A stretch of 64,000 nucleotides of DNA from Eledone cirrhosa (Eukaryota), in assembly GCA_964016885.1 (NCBI GenBank), contig OZ024741.1, positions 52,576,001 to 52,640,000 on the forward strand. The letters run 5' to 3'. Within the stretch, counting starts at the first letter, position 1, and each line of letters begins with the position of its first letter. Below the pieces are notes generated by a model, which was given only the letters and a program-made list of their open reading frames with translations, did not search any database and had not been told where the DNA came from. Shown in pieces: positions 42,980 to 56,645 of this stretch. The position numbers and the translations under genes are program-made.

Positions 42980-44704
42980 ATGGATTCCAACAACGAAAAA
43001 AAAAAATTGGAAAAATTGCATGACAATACTAATAACACAAACAAAGACACAACAAACACAAAAATAACATTTGAAAATAACACCATAACAGAAAGCAAAG
43101 CAGACGACAAGATTTCATTTGCACAGAAAACAAAGAAATCTTTGACTTATATACCGGAAAATATTTCAGATGTGGCACGAAGGATCACAGACGCCAAACA
43201 ATACATAAGTGAAGGAGAGAATGGTATTTTATCGGTAAAAATGCCTCAAGAATTCACCAAAGACATTGAAAGCCGAACGGTCAAGTTTCAGACCATCAAC
43301 AACAGTAGAAAAAAACCTGAACAGCCTTCTCAAGCAGATATCAAAACAGTACTCACAGAAGTACTTAATGAAACCACTTTCATAAGAAAAGACAGACTGT
43401 ATGGAAGCCTAGCAATTATCATGAAGAACGAATCGGCGGCAAAAAAATGTGCTTTGTCACCGATTCGTTCGAAAAATTTTACCTTTTATCCATCTTATAT
43501 GGGTAAAAGAACTCAACGCATATGGCTGGATGCAATGATGCCAGATGTGGACTACTGCTGGCTCATAGCTGGCTTCATCGATCCAGTGAATGACAACGTG
43601 ATTTCCATTGGGAAAACCACAGGCAATGCGTTCAGTGGAACAGGTATAGAGCTGGTAGTGCAAATGAAGCCTGAACGCGTCGCCGAAATACCCGACAGAA
43701 TCCTATTAGAGGACCACGGGTATATAAACATTAGCGTGGAGGGGAGAAGGCCGTCCTGCCATATCTGTGCAGGCAGAGGGCACCTGAAGGCCGCTTGTCC
43801 CCAACTCAACAAAAAGAAAACCCTGCTACTAACACCAGCTCCACCACCACCACCACAACAGATAAACAAACAACAAAACTCAGTCCCACCCAACCCGTCC
43901 CTCAGTAAAACTACACCACCACCACAACACAAACAGTCACAACACATTACCCCAAAACAAAATACAGGCCCACCCAACCCCTCACTCAATAAAACAACAC
44001 AACCACCGCAGACACAACACACAACACAGTCTAACATAGTGACATCCATCTCCCCCACAAAGAAAACCAACACGGAAACATTACCAGCAAACATACCTCT
44101 TCCCTCCAACACTGAAGATAACCCAACGAATTCGGAGGAAGAAACGGAGTCCTTCGGACAGATTAAAAGGAAAAAAAGAAAACATGTGCAAAACACACAA
44201 GGCCAAACAACCCCCACCCAAATCTCAACACAATCCAACAAAACAGAAAACACCCCTCCAGCAACAAACAAAACCAAACCTGCCCCTCCCCTCTTCGAAA
44301 CACTCACACCATCCGAAAAAAAGACATTACACTATACTTACATCAACGGAAACAATAATAAATTAAATGAACTCATATACAATAATCCTTCGGTACAAAC
44401 CGAAGGTGTAAACTTTGTTTCGTCAGAAAACTACCCACATTTAAAATTAATAAAGATCCCAATGAACCTCTACCAAAAACTAAAAAAGGATTTTAAGGAG
44501 GACGTAGGACCACCCTCTGTCAAACCCATAAACCGCGTCCTACTAAAAAGCTTTCCCCCTCCCCTTCCCCTCCCAAACACAACTCCAAACACCCCAACCC
44601 CACCACACACTGACGACCCCACACCACCACAAGACACCCCTTCACCCAACACCCCCGACCCCATGGAAGTCGTGCAACCCGAACCCCGGGAAGCGGAAAG
44701 GTAG
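42980..44704 (+). CDS. ORF1 (gag-like nucleic-acid-binding protein), 574 aa, open
   Basis: CHICAGRGHLKAAC knuckle, Pro/Thr/Gln linker, KRKKRK basic motif; lies directly upstream of ORF2. Confidence 0.88.
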   Translation: MDSNNEKKKLEKLHDNTNNTNKDTTNTKITFENNTITESKADDKISFAQKTKKSLTYIPENISDVARRITDAKQYISEGENGILSVKMPQEFTKDIESRTVKFQTINNSRKKPEQPSQADIKTVLTEVLNETTFIRKDRLYGSLAIIMKNESAAKKCALSPIRSKNFTFYPSYMGKRTQRIWLDAMMPDVDYCWLIAGFIDPVNDNVISIGKTTGNAFSGTGIELVVQMKPERVAEIPDRILLEDHGYINISVEGRRPSCHICAGRGHLKAACPQLNKKKTLLLTPAPPPPPQQINKQQNSVPPNPSLSKTTPPPQHKQSQHITPKQNTGPPNPSLNKTTQPPQTQHTTQSNIVTSISPTKKTNTETLPANIPLPSNTEDNPTNSEEETESFGQIKRKKRKHVQNTQGQTTPTQISTQSNKTENTPPATNKTKPAPPLFETLTPSEKKTLHYTYINGNNNKLNELIYNNPSVQTEGVNFVSSENYPHLKLIKIPMNLYQKLKKDFKEDVGPPSVKPINRVLLKSFPPPLPLPNTTPNTPTPPHTDDPTPPQDTPSPNTPDPMEVVQPEPREAER

Positions 44705-44737
44705 GTCTCTACACTCTCCTTTGGCTCTGCCGCCCAC

Positions 44738-47700
44738 ATGGATGTGTTAAGAGTAGGATGTTTGAATGCACGTGGCCTGGGCTCAACTTGCAAGCAAGCA
44801 AAGCTTCTAAATGACCTCAGGTCATGTAGTATAAATGTAATGGTTATCTGTGAGACTCGAATCAGCGTCGTGCGGCAGCTGGCCCCCACCTTCGATGACT
44901 TTGAGGTGCATGCATCTCTCTGTCAACCTGGAGGTGGGGGTGGGGTTGTCGTACTGCTGCAAAAACACCTGGGTCTTGCCGTACAGGTTGTGCACTCGGA
45001 CCCGGAGGGTCGTTTGTTGGTGCTAGACGTTGGCAGTAGTGAAAGTGCGGCCTTGAGACTGGTCGCCGTCTACTCCCCTTTCGGAGCTGAACGGCCCGAC
45101 TTCTTCCAGCGTTTGGAGACTTTTCTGGGAACGTTGCGTTCCCTGCTTCTAGCGGGGGATTGGAATGACATCCTAGATGCACGTTGGGACTATGCAGGAG
45201 CATGTCCTAATAGAGGGGGGGTGTAACCGCCTCAAGGGGTTACTCGACCGTTTTAACTTGGTCGATAGATATCGACTAGATTTTCCAACTGTGCCTACCT
45301 GGACTTGGAGAAACCACAGTGGTCAATCTAGATCGTACTTAGATAGATTCTTAGTTAGAAGTAAGGGTAGGGACATATTAAGCTGTCCAGAAATGTGCAC
45401 GGTTGGCTACACGGACCACAAATTAGTGACCTGCGTAGTCAATCTCGAGAAAACACATAAACAGGGTCCCGGTTACTGGAAACTTAATTTGTCTTTACCG
45501 GCAAAAGAGACTTACAGAAACCGGATTAGCAGATTAGTTAAGGAGAGGTTGACGGGTGCAATCGTCAACAACCGATGATGGGCATCTCTCAAAAGAAAGA
45601 TTAGAACAGAATCAATAAGTTATAGCAAGATGTTAGCTGCCGATAGGAATAGAAACGAGAAAGAATTAACAGGTAAATTAGAAGAGGCAATCAAGAGCGA
45701 AGATGTGGCCAGAGTGCTGGCATCGAGGACGGCCTTGAACCAGTTTTTCGATGCAAAGCACGAAGGCTGCGTCATTCGAAGTAAAATACGTGCTCTAGGT
45801 AATGAGGGGGCCAGAGCCGTTGGCTGGGCCCGCGTGACAGAAGCTAAGAGTGGAAATCGATCCACCATCCGGTCGTTGCAAGACGAAGATGGACGGGTGA
45901 TCCGGGAGCCTAAGCAGATGTGCGAGGCCTTTCAAAGGCACTTTGCCCGATTGTTCGGGGGAGGCGAGGGTCCGGGCGGGGGCGTGGATTTCGGTCCATA
46001 CCTCGACGGCCTGCCGCGTCTCTCGAGCGAAGAGGCAGAGTCCTGCGAGGGACCAATCTCGGCTGATGAGATCGGAGATGCGCTGAGCCAATGCAGCAGA
46101 CGCAAATCTCCAGGTCTCGATGGTATACCTTACGAACTTTATTTAGCAATGCCGGTCTTCTTCTCCGAACTCCTCGAAGCGGTCTACTGCAATTGGCATC
46201 AGAACGGGAGAATTCCTTGTTCTGTAGCCAAGGGCGTAGTCACGCTGGTGAGGAAGGACGAGAACAAGGGGGATAGTATAAATAATTTTCGGCCCATAAC
46301 TCTGCTAAACACAGAGTTAAAGATTTTGGCCAAGGTGTGAGCAAAGAGGTTGGCGCTTGTCGTGGGGGGCCTGGTGGGAGATGCGCAGACATGTGCTATC
46401 CCATCCAGGTCCATTCACGATAACCTCCACCTCATGCGATACATCATAGAGAGGGTTGGCAACAAACCCGGCTTCGGTGGGGCCCTGATCAACTTGGATC
46501 AGTCTAAGGCCTTCGATAGGGTCGACCATGGTTACCTGGATGCGGTGCTAGCGGCGGCTGGGTTCGGTCCTGTTTTCAGAGGCTGGATAACTGCCTTACA
46601 TAGCAACCACATCTGTTCTAGGATCAAGGTGAACGGCTACCTTTCGAAGCCGTTCGAAATCACACGATCCATTCGACAGGGGTGCCCTCTCTCCTCCCTT
46701 CTGTACGTATTGACTCTCGAGCCTTTACTGAGGAAGTTGGAGTTGTTGCAGGGTATCCCCCTGGAACCAGGATTGAGCAAAGCGGTGTCGGCCTACGCCG
46801 ATGACGTAACAGTAATGGTATCGACCGACTCGGAGATCGAGGCGATCGGTACCTTACTGGAGGAGTACGAAAGGTTGTCAGGAGCGAAACTGAACCGGGA
46901 AAAATCCATCGGGCTGCAACTCGGAACGTGGAGAGGCAGACCGATGCCTCCTGACGGTGTCGTCGGACACTGGACGGAGGGCCCGGTAAAGTTGCTTGGG
47001 GTCTGGTTTGGACTGGACCTCCAGGTGGAAAAGAACTGGAACGAGGTTACGAACAAGGTGTTTGCACTAACCCAGAAATGGGCCAAGTGTAAGCTGTCCC
47101 TAAAAGGCCGGGCGGAGGTGGCGAACATTTACATAGCGTCCGTCACTTACTACCGCCTGACTGTCGTGCCTTGCCCTAAGGAAACACTCACCACCATGTA
47201 ACGCATGCTCTTCCAATTTCTTTGGAAGAAGCGCCCTCCTATGTTGAGAAGATCCATCTGCTGCCAACAACCTTCGAAAGGAGGGCTGGGGATGCCGTGG
47301 TTGATGATGCGTAGGCACGCATTAAGGCTACGGCACCAACAGGTATTCCTCACTGGTCAACCGGTGTGGGCTCCGTTCGTGAAACGAGCCTTTCCGAGAC
47401 TCGTCTCGCTCACCGAGCTACAGTCCTGGGTTAAGCAAAGATCCGGAAAACTGGGAGACTGGCACACTGAGTGTGCTCAGGCGCTCAGGGCTCTCTGGCA
47501 AGCGGGCCAGGCCATCGGTGGAGAATCCACCTCATCATTCTATAGAGGGCTGGTGGCTAGCAGGGGCGATGACACCCTTGGAGAGTCTCTGGACATGGAA
47601 GAAGACGAACTGGCCAGCCTGTTCGGTAGGACTTTCGGCCCAGGACCAATGGACAACTTCCAGAAGTCACTGGCCTGGCAGTGCTACCGGGGGGCTCTAC

Positions 47701-48176
47701 CCGTTCGAGAGAGGCTCTACAGACACGGGCGCCCGGGCAGGGATCCCTCAAAAAAGATTTGCCCTAGATGCGTGCGTCACGAAGAAACCGTTGCGCACGC
47801 ATTGGTGCAATGTCCGGGCGTGGCTGATCTGTAGGGCTACGCCGAACGACTGCTGTCGCGGGTGGCGCCGATTAAATTGACCGCCGAGTCCGTGATGACA
47901 ATCAAACCGCCTCCCCTCTTCACAAAGGAAGCAAAGGCGGTTTTTCTGTGCGTAATAGCCATGTTGAAAGAGGTTGTTTGGTGGACACGATTGAAAGGTC
48001 TGAGGTCAGGCAACTTCCTCTCTGGCCATAGTCTGGTCTACTTCTTCCGATATCACTTCGGAAGAAGGATAAGAATGGAGAGAGAGGTGCTTGGCCACAG
48101 GCAGTTTTATGAAAGGTGGGTGATAGTGGCGAGAATGGCTCGTGTAAATGGGCATTCTCTGTATACCATCCTGTAG
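44738..48176 (+). pseudogene. ORF2 (APE-RT-CCHC) of copy C with one frameshift (~45220) and four in-frame stops
   Basis: ORF pieces 44738-45226, 45177-45578, 45630-46340, 46350-47201, 47205-47834 and 47862-48176 tile a complete ORF2 with YADD. Confidence 0.93.
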
Positions 48177-48390
48177 GTAAAGAAGTAAAGGAGAGGGGAG
48201 CACCTTCTCCATGTGCTCCCCGGGCAAAGGATTTCACACTTTTTCGGGGGTGTGTGCAACCCCCATCACGTCCCCTCCCTTTTGAGGTTATTTTCGATTG
48301 TTTTCATGTTACACCCTTTTTACTCGATTATATGTAAACTCCCCCTTTGTATTTGTCCCTTCTTTTTATGCCTTTATTTTAAATAAAGAA

Positions 48391-48432
<42 letters not shown>

Positions 48433-48477
48433 ATATCTGTCTATCTCTCGATCTGTCTGTCTGTCTATCTATCTATC

Positions 48478-49856
48478 GGCGAAGGTATTTGTACTGACCC
48501 AGAAGTGGGCTGATTGCAAACTCTCCTTGAAAGGTCGAGCCGAGTTAGCGAACACTTAAATAGCGTCCGTCATCTACTACCGTTTGACAGTCGTGCCTTG
48601 TCCCCCTGACCACCTCACCAAAATGGACGTCTATTCTTCAAGTTCCTTTGGAAGAAACAGGTTCCATTAGTGAGGAGATCCATCTGCTGCCAACAACCTT
48701 CTAACGGAGGGCTGGGCGTGCAGTGGTTGATGATGCGCAAACACGCGCTGAGGCTACGCCATCTCCAGGTTATCATGACCGGTGAACCGGTGTGGTTCTC
48801 GTTTGAGAGATAAACTTTTCTGCAACTCGTCTCGGTAACGGAGGTACAGTCCCGGGTCAAGCGAAGACCGAAAATAGGCGCCTGGCAACTCGAGTGCTCT
48901 CGGGCGCCCACAGCCCTCTATCAGGCGGAAACGGCTATAAGCAGAGACTCCACGTCAACATTCTATAGGGGATTAGTGGAGGATATGTGTGACGACGTTT
49001 TCGGGGAGACTCTGGGCAACGAAGAGGTCGAACTGGCCAATCTGTTCGGGAGAATTTCCGTCCAAGGCATATGGATAACTTCCAGAGATCTCTGGCCTGG
49101 CAGTGCTACCGAGGAGCTCTACCAGTTCGTGACAAGATCTACAGGCACGGATGCCCTGGCAGGGATCCTGCCAAAAGGACCTGTCTAAGATGCGAGCAGG
49201 ACATTGAAACCGTCCTGCATGCAATATTTCAGTGCCCAGGGGTGACCGACTTGTGAAATTATGTCGAACAGCTACTGTCATGTGTGGGACACATCCAGTT
49301 GTCAGCTGAGTCCATCGTGAGGATCATCCCGCCGCCTTCATTTAAGATTGAAGGAGAGGCGGTTTATCCCTGTCTGGTGGATATGGTGAAAGATGTAATA
49401 TGATGGACGTGGTTGAAAGAACTGAGGGCAAACACCTTCCTCTGCGGACAACAACTCCTCCTCTTCTTTAAATATCACTTCAGAAGGAAGGTGAGAGTGG
49501 AGAGAGAGGTGCTGCACCCCAGTAAATTCGCTGAAAGATGGTTAATGTGGCGAAAATGGCCCGGATGAATGGGCCTTCTCTGTATATAAACATGTAGAAT
49601 GAGGAATACAAAAGAGAGAAGACGGGAACAACTACAAAACGTACTCCTGGTATTGAGGGTTGTTCCATCTACGGGGTGTAAAACAACCCAGCAGCAACGT
49701 TCCCCCCTATTGGGGCTATCCGTTGTTATTTTATTTTAATATATAGTCTATTTTAATTTATTAATGCTAAAGTTTACACATTTTTTATGTAAAATCCCCG
49801 CAGCCACGTCTTGTAATGTGCCATTTCTTGTACGCCCTTGTGGCAAATAGAGAAAG
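48478..49856 (+). mobile_element. Tx1 copy D, 5'-truncated and more degraded
   Basis: QKWADCKLSLKGRAE and MDNFQRSLAWQCYRGALPVRD; ends TGTGGCAAATAGAGAAAG then ATATCTATCT. Confidence 0.9.
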
Positions 49857-50899
49857 ATATCTATCTATTGAAATAAAAGAAAATTGAAGTACAGTACAAC
49901 CAATCATCATCAGCAACAACATCAAAAATGAACGTTGAAGACAGCGTCTATACAGAAGTCTCAACCTGCTATATATAGCAGCCAAATACTCCACTGATAT
50001 CTCCACTGCACCCCATCCTACTAATATATAAAAGGAACGACATATTGGATTATCCTTGATGCATTATATGGAAATATAAGTTGGTATAGTTGGTATGCAT
50101 TTGATGATAGGTACGCTTGGTCAGGACTGAATTGGGGCTAAAAAAACACCACCGCCATTAACAATAGTAGCATCCTCATGAGTGAGTGCCCCGAGAAGGG
50201 AGGCCCTTTCAACACGTCTCCTTCGCTATCCTTCGATATAAAGATTTTTTCTATTTTGTCTGTTGAGATTATGGGGTGATATGTGGCTCGGGTTCAACAA
50301 GTGGGAGAGGAAGAGCGAACGAACAGCGGGAGGGGCATGGCAAGATTTCATCAACTGGTTCGTGCCGTTACTATTGGTCACTACATCCACACGTACATGT
50401 AAACAGAAGACACTATGCTAAATGGTATTGTTTTAATGTAATTATTGCAATAACAATGTAAAACCAAAATCAAAAATAGCAAAAACGATGACATAAGTAG
50501 TAGCAAACACAACAACAACAACAACAGTTCCAATAACAACATTAAAAAAAAAGATCGATGGACCTCCATCAATTTCGACGATCAGTGTACTAATTCTTCG
50601 ATCAACAGAATAGCCTGCTCATGAAATTAACGTGCAAATTGCTGAATACTCCACAGAAATGTGTACTCTTAACGTTATTCTCAAGGATATGCAATGTAAC
50701 AGTGTATGAAAAGGCCGGTCATTTAAATTTTCAAGTATAGCCCCTCTAATGGGCTTCCAAAATGTTCTGTTTACCCAATTTCAGTCACAAGGCTTGGGTG
50801 AACCCAACGCAATGCTAAGTGACAATTAACCTAGATTCCATGTAATTGGATAGAATCCAGGATCAATGATTGCGAATGGAATCTTTTAAGGACAATAAC

Positions 50900-51123
50900 A
50901 ATGATTTCTAGTATAAGCACAAGGCCAGTCATTTGGAGGGGGGGGGGGGGCAGTCGATTAAATCGACCCCAGTACATTACTGGTACTTTATTTTATCGAC
51001 CCCGTAAGGATGAAAGGCGAAGTTAATCTCGGCGGGATTTGAACTCAGACCATAAAGAGCCTTAACTCTATGCTGCAAAGCATGGTGTCCGACCCTCTAC
51101 CGACACTGCCAATCCACCGCCCT
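50900..51123 (-). mobile_element. tRNA-derived SINE
   Basis: Homologous to 59784-59975. Confidence 0.85.
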
Positions 51124-51623
51124 TTTAAGAACAATAACAATAACAATAACAATAACAATAATAACAACAACAACAGCAACAATAACAACAACAACTACAA
51201 CAACAACACTAATGCGAGTTTTGTATTGCTGACCTCTCCCCTGGTGAATCATTAATTCGAAATTTATGAAGATAAATTGATATTAATGGCGACGATGGCG
51301 ATGACGGTGAAGATGATGGTGGTGGGGATAATGATACAGATGCCAATCATGATGATAATGGTGATGATGTTGATTGTATAAAGATCAGGTTGTTGATAGT
51401 TGTGGCGATGATGATGATGCTGTTGATGATGCTGGTGATGGTGAGGATCATGTTATGAAGTGTAGGTAAACATGGTGATGATGATGGTGATGGTGATGAT
51501 GATGCTGGTGATGGTGATGATGATGACGGTGATGGTACTGGTGATGGTGATGATGATGATAGAGATGTAGAAAGTAATGATGACGATAACTATCAATCAG
51601 TCAGTCAATTATTCTATCTATCC

Positions 51624-51781
<158 letters not shown>

Positions 51782-51910
51782 TTATATACCCACCTAACTA
51801 TCTATCTATCAATTTATCTATCTACTTATCTACATATATACACATAGACTTACATACATATAGACACACATACGGACACACCACACATATACGTATGCGT
51901 GTTGTTTTGT

Positions 51911-51955
<45 letters not shown>

Positions 51956-51958
51956 ATG

Positions 51959-51993
<35 letters not shown>

Positions 51994-52014
51994 TATATAT
52001 GTGTGTGTGTATGC

Positions 52015-52102
<88 letters not shown>

Positions 52103-52109
52103 TGTATGC

Positions 52110-52161
<52 letters not shown>

Positions 52162-52182
52162 TATATATGTGTGTGTGTATGC

Positions 52183-52246
<64 letters not shown>

Positions 52247-52253
52247 TGTATGC

Positions 52254-52367
<114 letters not shown>

Positions 52368-52637
52368 GTGTGTGTGTGTGTATATATAAAGACACATGCA
52401 TATACAGGCATAAATATATAATATCTATTAATGCACATATATATTAATACATATATAGAAAGAAGCCTAGATATATCCCCCCGCCACACAGATATAGCAG
52501 ATAAGTATATATTGTGTGGCGGGACCTCATTTCGAAGTAAATTGGGCGAAGTCAATAGGCGTCATTAGTAAACATCATAATGATAAAATAAATAGCTGGT
52601 TAAAGCGCATATATATGTGACAGGCATATTAATATAT

Positions 52638-52714
<77 letters not shown>

Positions 52715-52731
52715 GTATATATATATATTTA

Positions 52732-52773
<42 letters not shown>

Positions 52774-52831
52774 AAAAATGTTTATATGATATATATGTAT
52801 ATATATATAAATATATCTATATGTACATATA

Positions 52832-52891
<60 letters not shown>

Positions 52892-52899
52892 TATGTATA

Positions 52900-53004
<105 letters not shown>

Positions 53005-54534
53005 GTATGTATCTGTATGTATCTATATATATATCTGTAAATATATGTGCATATATGTGCAAATATATGTGAGTATGTGTGTGAATATATGTTTGTATAC
53101 TCCCACAGATACACGCTCGCACACACACACAAACACACACAGACACATAGACACATATATATTACAGTTTTTAGTGAAATTGTAACACAATAGTGAATAC
53201 ATTGTGTAGATTATATTATTTATGTAAATTGAATTCTTTTCCAGTCATATATAGAATATAATACTACACATATAGGCATTCATGAATTTTATATGGCGAT
53301 CAAAACCCTTAGAGCATTGGATGAAAAATGATTCACCATTTTCAATGACTACCAGGTATTTATAATAATTAATTTGTATGAGACCCTACTATTGTGCGGT
53401 AAGACACACTGAGTAAAAAATAGGATTTTTTAAATACAAAGAAAGGATGCTGTGACAGAGTATAAACAAACAACTGTGATGTACTAAATATCTCTATATA
53501 GTAGAAGAATTATGCAATATATCCAATCTTTAGTAGAACTATACTAAGACGATATCCACTAAGCAATCTCCCGAAACATTAACTGTGTAAAATAAAATAT
53601 TTAGCAAAATATCTTCAAAGCGAACATCATTAGAATAACCAACCAAATCTTCTCACCTTGAGTATATTTTCAAGACATTAGACGAAACCTAATGACAGTA
53701 AAACACTAACCGTATAGAAGAAGAAACAAAATATTGTTATATATAATCAAAATGTCTATCTGCTTACATCCATTATTAAAGAAATTAGTCAGTAACATAA
53801 ATTGGATGATTTCCACATTATCATTCGACGAAACAAGATTTGGTCAAGCAAAACCATTCGACTTTGAATTCACCAAATCACGCAGATTCGAAGAAAAATT
53901 AGATTACACTTACTCAAAGCCGCACTAATGAACACTAATGAAGCGCAAATCAAACAAAAATCAGATAAGACATTTTACTTAGGTTCACCAGCTGATCAGC
54001 TTAAACTTAGAGAACAATTGCGACAAAAGATACCTAACGTTAATAATAAAACTCTCCCTAACCTAACGTAGTTAACACAAGCTATTCTATACAAATGTTA
54101 ACGTCGAACTTCGCATCATCCTCACTTACAACGATCTGGAGTTCGGAGCAGATATCCCCCCCCCCCCAAAAAAAAAGACCAGAAAAAATAGAAGAAAAAG
54201 CGGTCACACAGGTTACAATATTTGAGAGGACAAAGCGTGACTGAGGATGAATATGGGACAACCGAAGAACTTTAGTCGATCTGGCTGAAGAAATATCAGA
54301 CAATTTTTTCTCTAAAGACGCAGTAGTGTTAAAAAAAAATCTCAACAACAAAAGTACGTTAGGTAATATAGTCCCCAAATACATGTTTAAAACATAGGAT
54401 AGGCACAAATGGAATGTCTCTAGATCACTGTTGGAAGCAGATGGACCACCCCACCAGTGGAACTTGCACCTTTCACAAAATGTTGAAAAGCAGGTGCTTC
54501 AATTTGGTGGAGATACGTCAGGTGGTAATAGATG

Positions 54535-54765
54535 ATCTCCGACCGATATTTCTGGGATAGCTTTCTCTCGGCCCACTTATAGGTAAGAGTGTCTACCCTT
54601 CTCGTAACCTTCTCCTAGATCTTCACCACTTTGAGGTGTGGACCAAACCAGATCCCGAGCAACTTCACCGGTCAGGCTGTCCAGCGTCCGAATACGCTAC
54701 TGAACGACATGGATTTGTGTCTCCACGAGCTGAGTTGCAAGCCCACCAACTTGTCCTAGTTGATC
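54535..54765 (-). pseudogene. Old Tx1 ORF2 fragment
   Basis: DKLVGLQLSSWR..GRWT..PVKLLGIWFGPHL..KWAERKLS. Confidence 0.75.
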
Positions 54766-54899
54766 ACCAAGAAAGTTCCCTTCTGTGGCACATGCCCGGG
54801 AAATGTATTTTTGTGGAAGGCAAGCAGTCGCCCATGCATACCGGTCTCACAGCTCCATGCCACCGATGTTGGTCAAGGGAAATGCAAAAGTCAATACAG

Positions 54900-55060
54900 C
54901 TTGGCACCAGTGAGGCTGCAACTCATTTCTACAGCGGATTGAACTGGAGGAACGCAGAATAAAGTGTCTTGCTTGAGGACACGCCACATCACCCGGCTCG
55001 GTAATCGAACACACATCCTCACCATTGTGAATCCAACTTTCTAACCATTAAGTCACGCGC
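54900..55060 (-). mobile_element. tRNA-derived SINE, second family
   Basis: A-box-like TGACTTAATGG, B-box-like GTTCGATTACC, then GTGTCCTCAAGCAAGACACTT. Confidence 0.6.
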
Positions 55061-55691
55061 ATTCACTCACAGTCACACACACACACACACACATACACAC
55101 ATATATATATATATATGTAAGCACACGCACACAACTTCTATATATTAAAATGGTCAACTTAAATGTATATGAAGGTATATTTGTGTATGATTATCAATAT
55201 GCACACTCACCCCCCCCCCATATATATATATATATACATAATATATATAGAGGGAGAGAGAGAGAGGATAAAGGATGCACGTGAGAAGTGTATGAGCGTG
55301 CGCGCGCGTGTATGTGTATGTGTTTGTATTCATAGACATCCGGATACCTTACTTTGTTGAAAATGTAAACATCAACTTTGAGAGCAATACATCGTTAGAC
55401 AAGAGAGATAAACGTTTGTATAAACAGGAAATAACGCCATATTGAGAGCGCTGATATTCTTGTTTTTGTTTTCTTTATGTAATGTAAATTCTATCAAGGA
55501 TGTATGTTGATGGCGGTAAAACCGGATGTTGATACAGATATAGGGTATTTAACAAAACATAAGCTACCTTTACTTGTATTTCAATGTGGGTGTTTTATTT
55601 TCTTCTTCTTCTTCTTCTTCTTCTTCTTCTTCTTCTTCTTCTTCTTCTTCTTCTTCTTCTTCTTCTTCTTCTTCTTCTTCTTCTTCTTCTT

Positions 55692-56526
55692 CACTATAGA
55701 CTCAGTCGATAGCTGGAACCATTTTACATGCGACACCATATATTCTACATAACTCCACAAGTCAGCAATACACGGACACTGGACGAGTGCGTGAAGAACG
55801 GTTTCGTCACTCTGCGTACATCTGGGGCAGCTCCATCTGACAGCACTTTTCTGCCTGTAGAGTGTATCCCGAAACGGCAGTGTCCCCCAGTAGCGCTGCC
55901 AAGCGAGTGATTTCTAGAAGTTATCCATCGTCCCAAGCTCGAAAGTTCTCCGGAACAGACTAGTTACTACTAGTTGGTCGACACAGAGCCTCTCCGAGTG
56001 CGTCGTCGCACTTGCCCACCACTAATACTCTAGAGAACTCGGGAGTGGAAGTTCTACTGACCGCATTTCCCGCCTGGTAGAGAGCAGTGAGGGCTAGGCA
56101 ACATTCCAGATGCCAGGCGCCTAGTCTCAGTCTATTCTTGACCCAGGACTGCAGCTCAGTCAAAGAGACCAGCTGCGGAAAGGCCCGTCTGACAAACGGC
56201 GACCACACCTGTTCCCCGTTTAGGCAGAATATCTGGAGATGCCTCAGGCCCAGCATATGTTTGCGCATCATTAGCCACGGCATTCCCACTCCTCCGCGTA
56301 GAGGGTGCTGGCAGTAGATGGCCTGCTTCACCAAAGGAACCCGTCCCCTCCTCAAGAATTTGAAGACAGACATGATGTACGCGTTTGCCACCTCCACCCG
56401 ACCTTTCAGAGACAGCTTTGTCTCGGCCTATTTCTAGGTAAAAGTGGCCACCCTGATCGTAACCTCGTCCCAATTCTTATCCACCTGGAGGTCTGGTCGG
56501 AACCAAACCCCGAGCAGCCTGACTGG
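55692..56526 (-). pseudogene. Old Tx1 ORF2 C-terminal fragment, ending at a (GAA)n tract
   Basis: CQHPLRGGVGMPWLMMRKH..FPQLVSLTELQSWVK..CPRC..ETVLHALVQC. Confidence 0.85.
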
Positions 56527-56550
56527 TTTTGCTTTGGGTTGTGTTGTATA

Positions 56551-56645
56551 TTAAATGATAATTGCACTGAGTTTTAAGTGCATGGTGAGTCGACGGGATA
56601 GTGGCGTACTTGTATGGCCAATATAACAGTTGGAGTTGTGAAGTT
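56551..56645 (-). pseudogene. Penelope GIY-YIG endonuclease fragment
   Basis: CYIGHTSTPLSRRLTMHL. Confidence 0.7.

Larger units (their letters stand above)
42563..48390 (+). mobile_element. Tx1-clade retrotransposon copy C, full length
   Basis: Bounded by (ATCT)n at 42441-42562 and 48391-48477; ends AATAAAGAA. Confidence 0.94.

Noticed and set aside
45576-49403. Several TGG to TGA/TAG stops suggesting APOBEC-like editing
   Set aside because: Trp codons are the easiest to turn into stops, other stop types are present, and no G-to-A clustering was established.
53290-54400. A-rich stretch with a decayed-coding appearance
   Set aside because: No recognisable motif in any frame; left unassigned.
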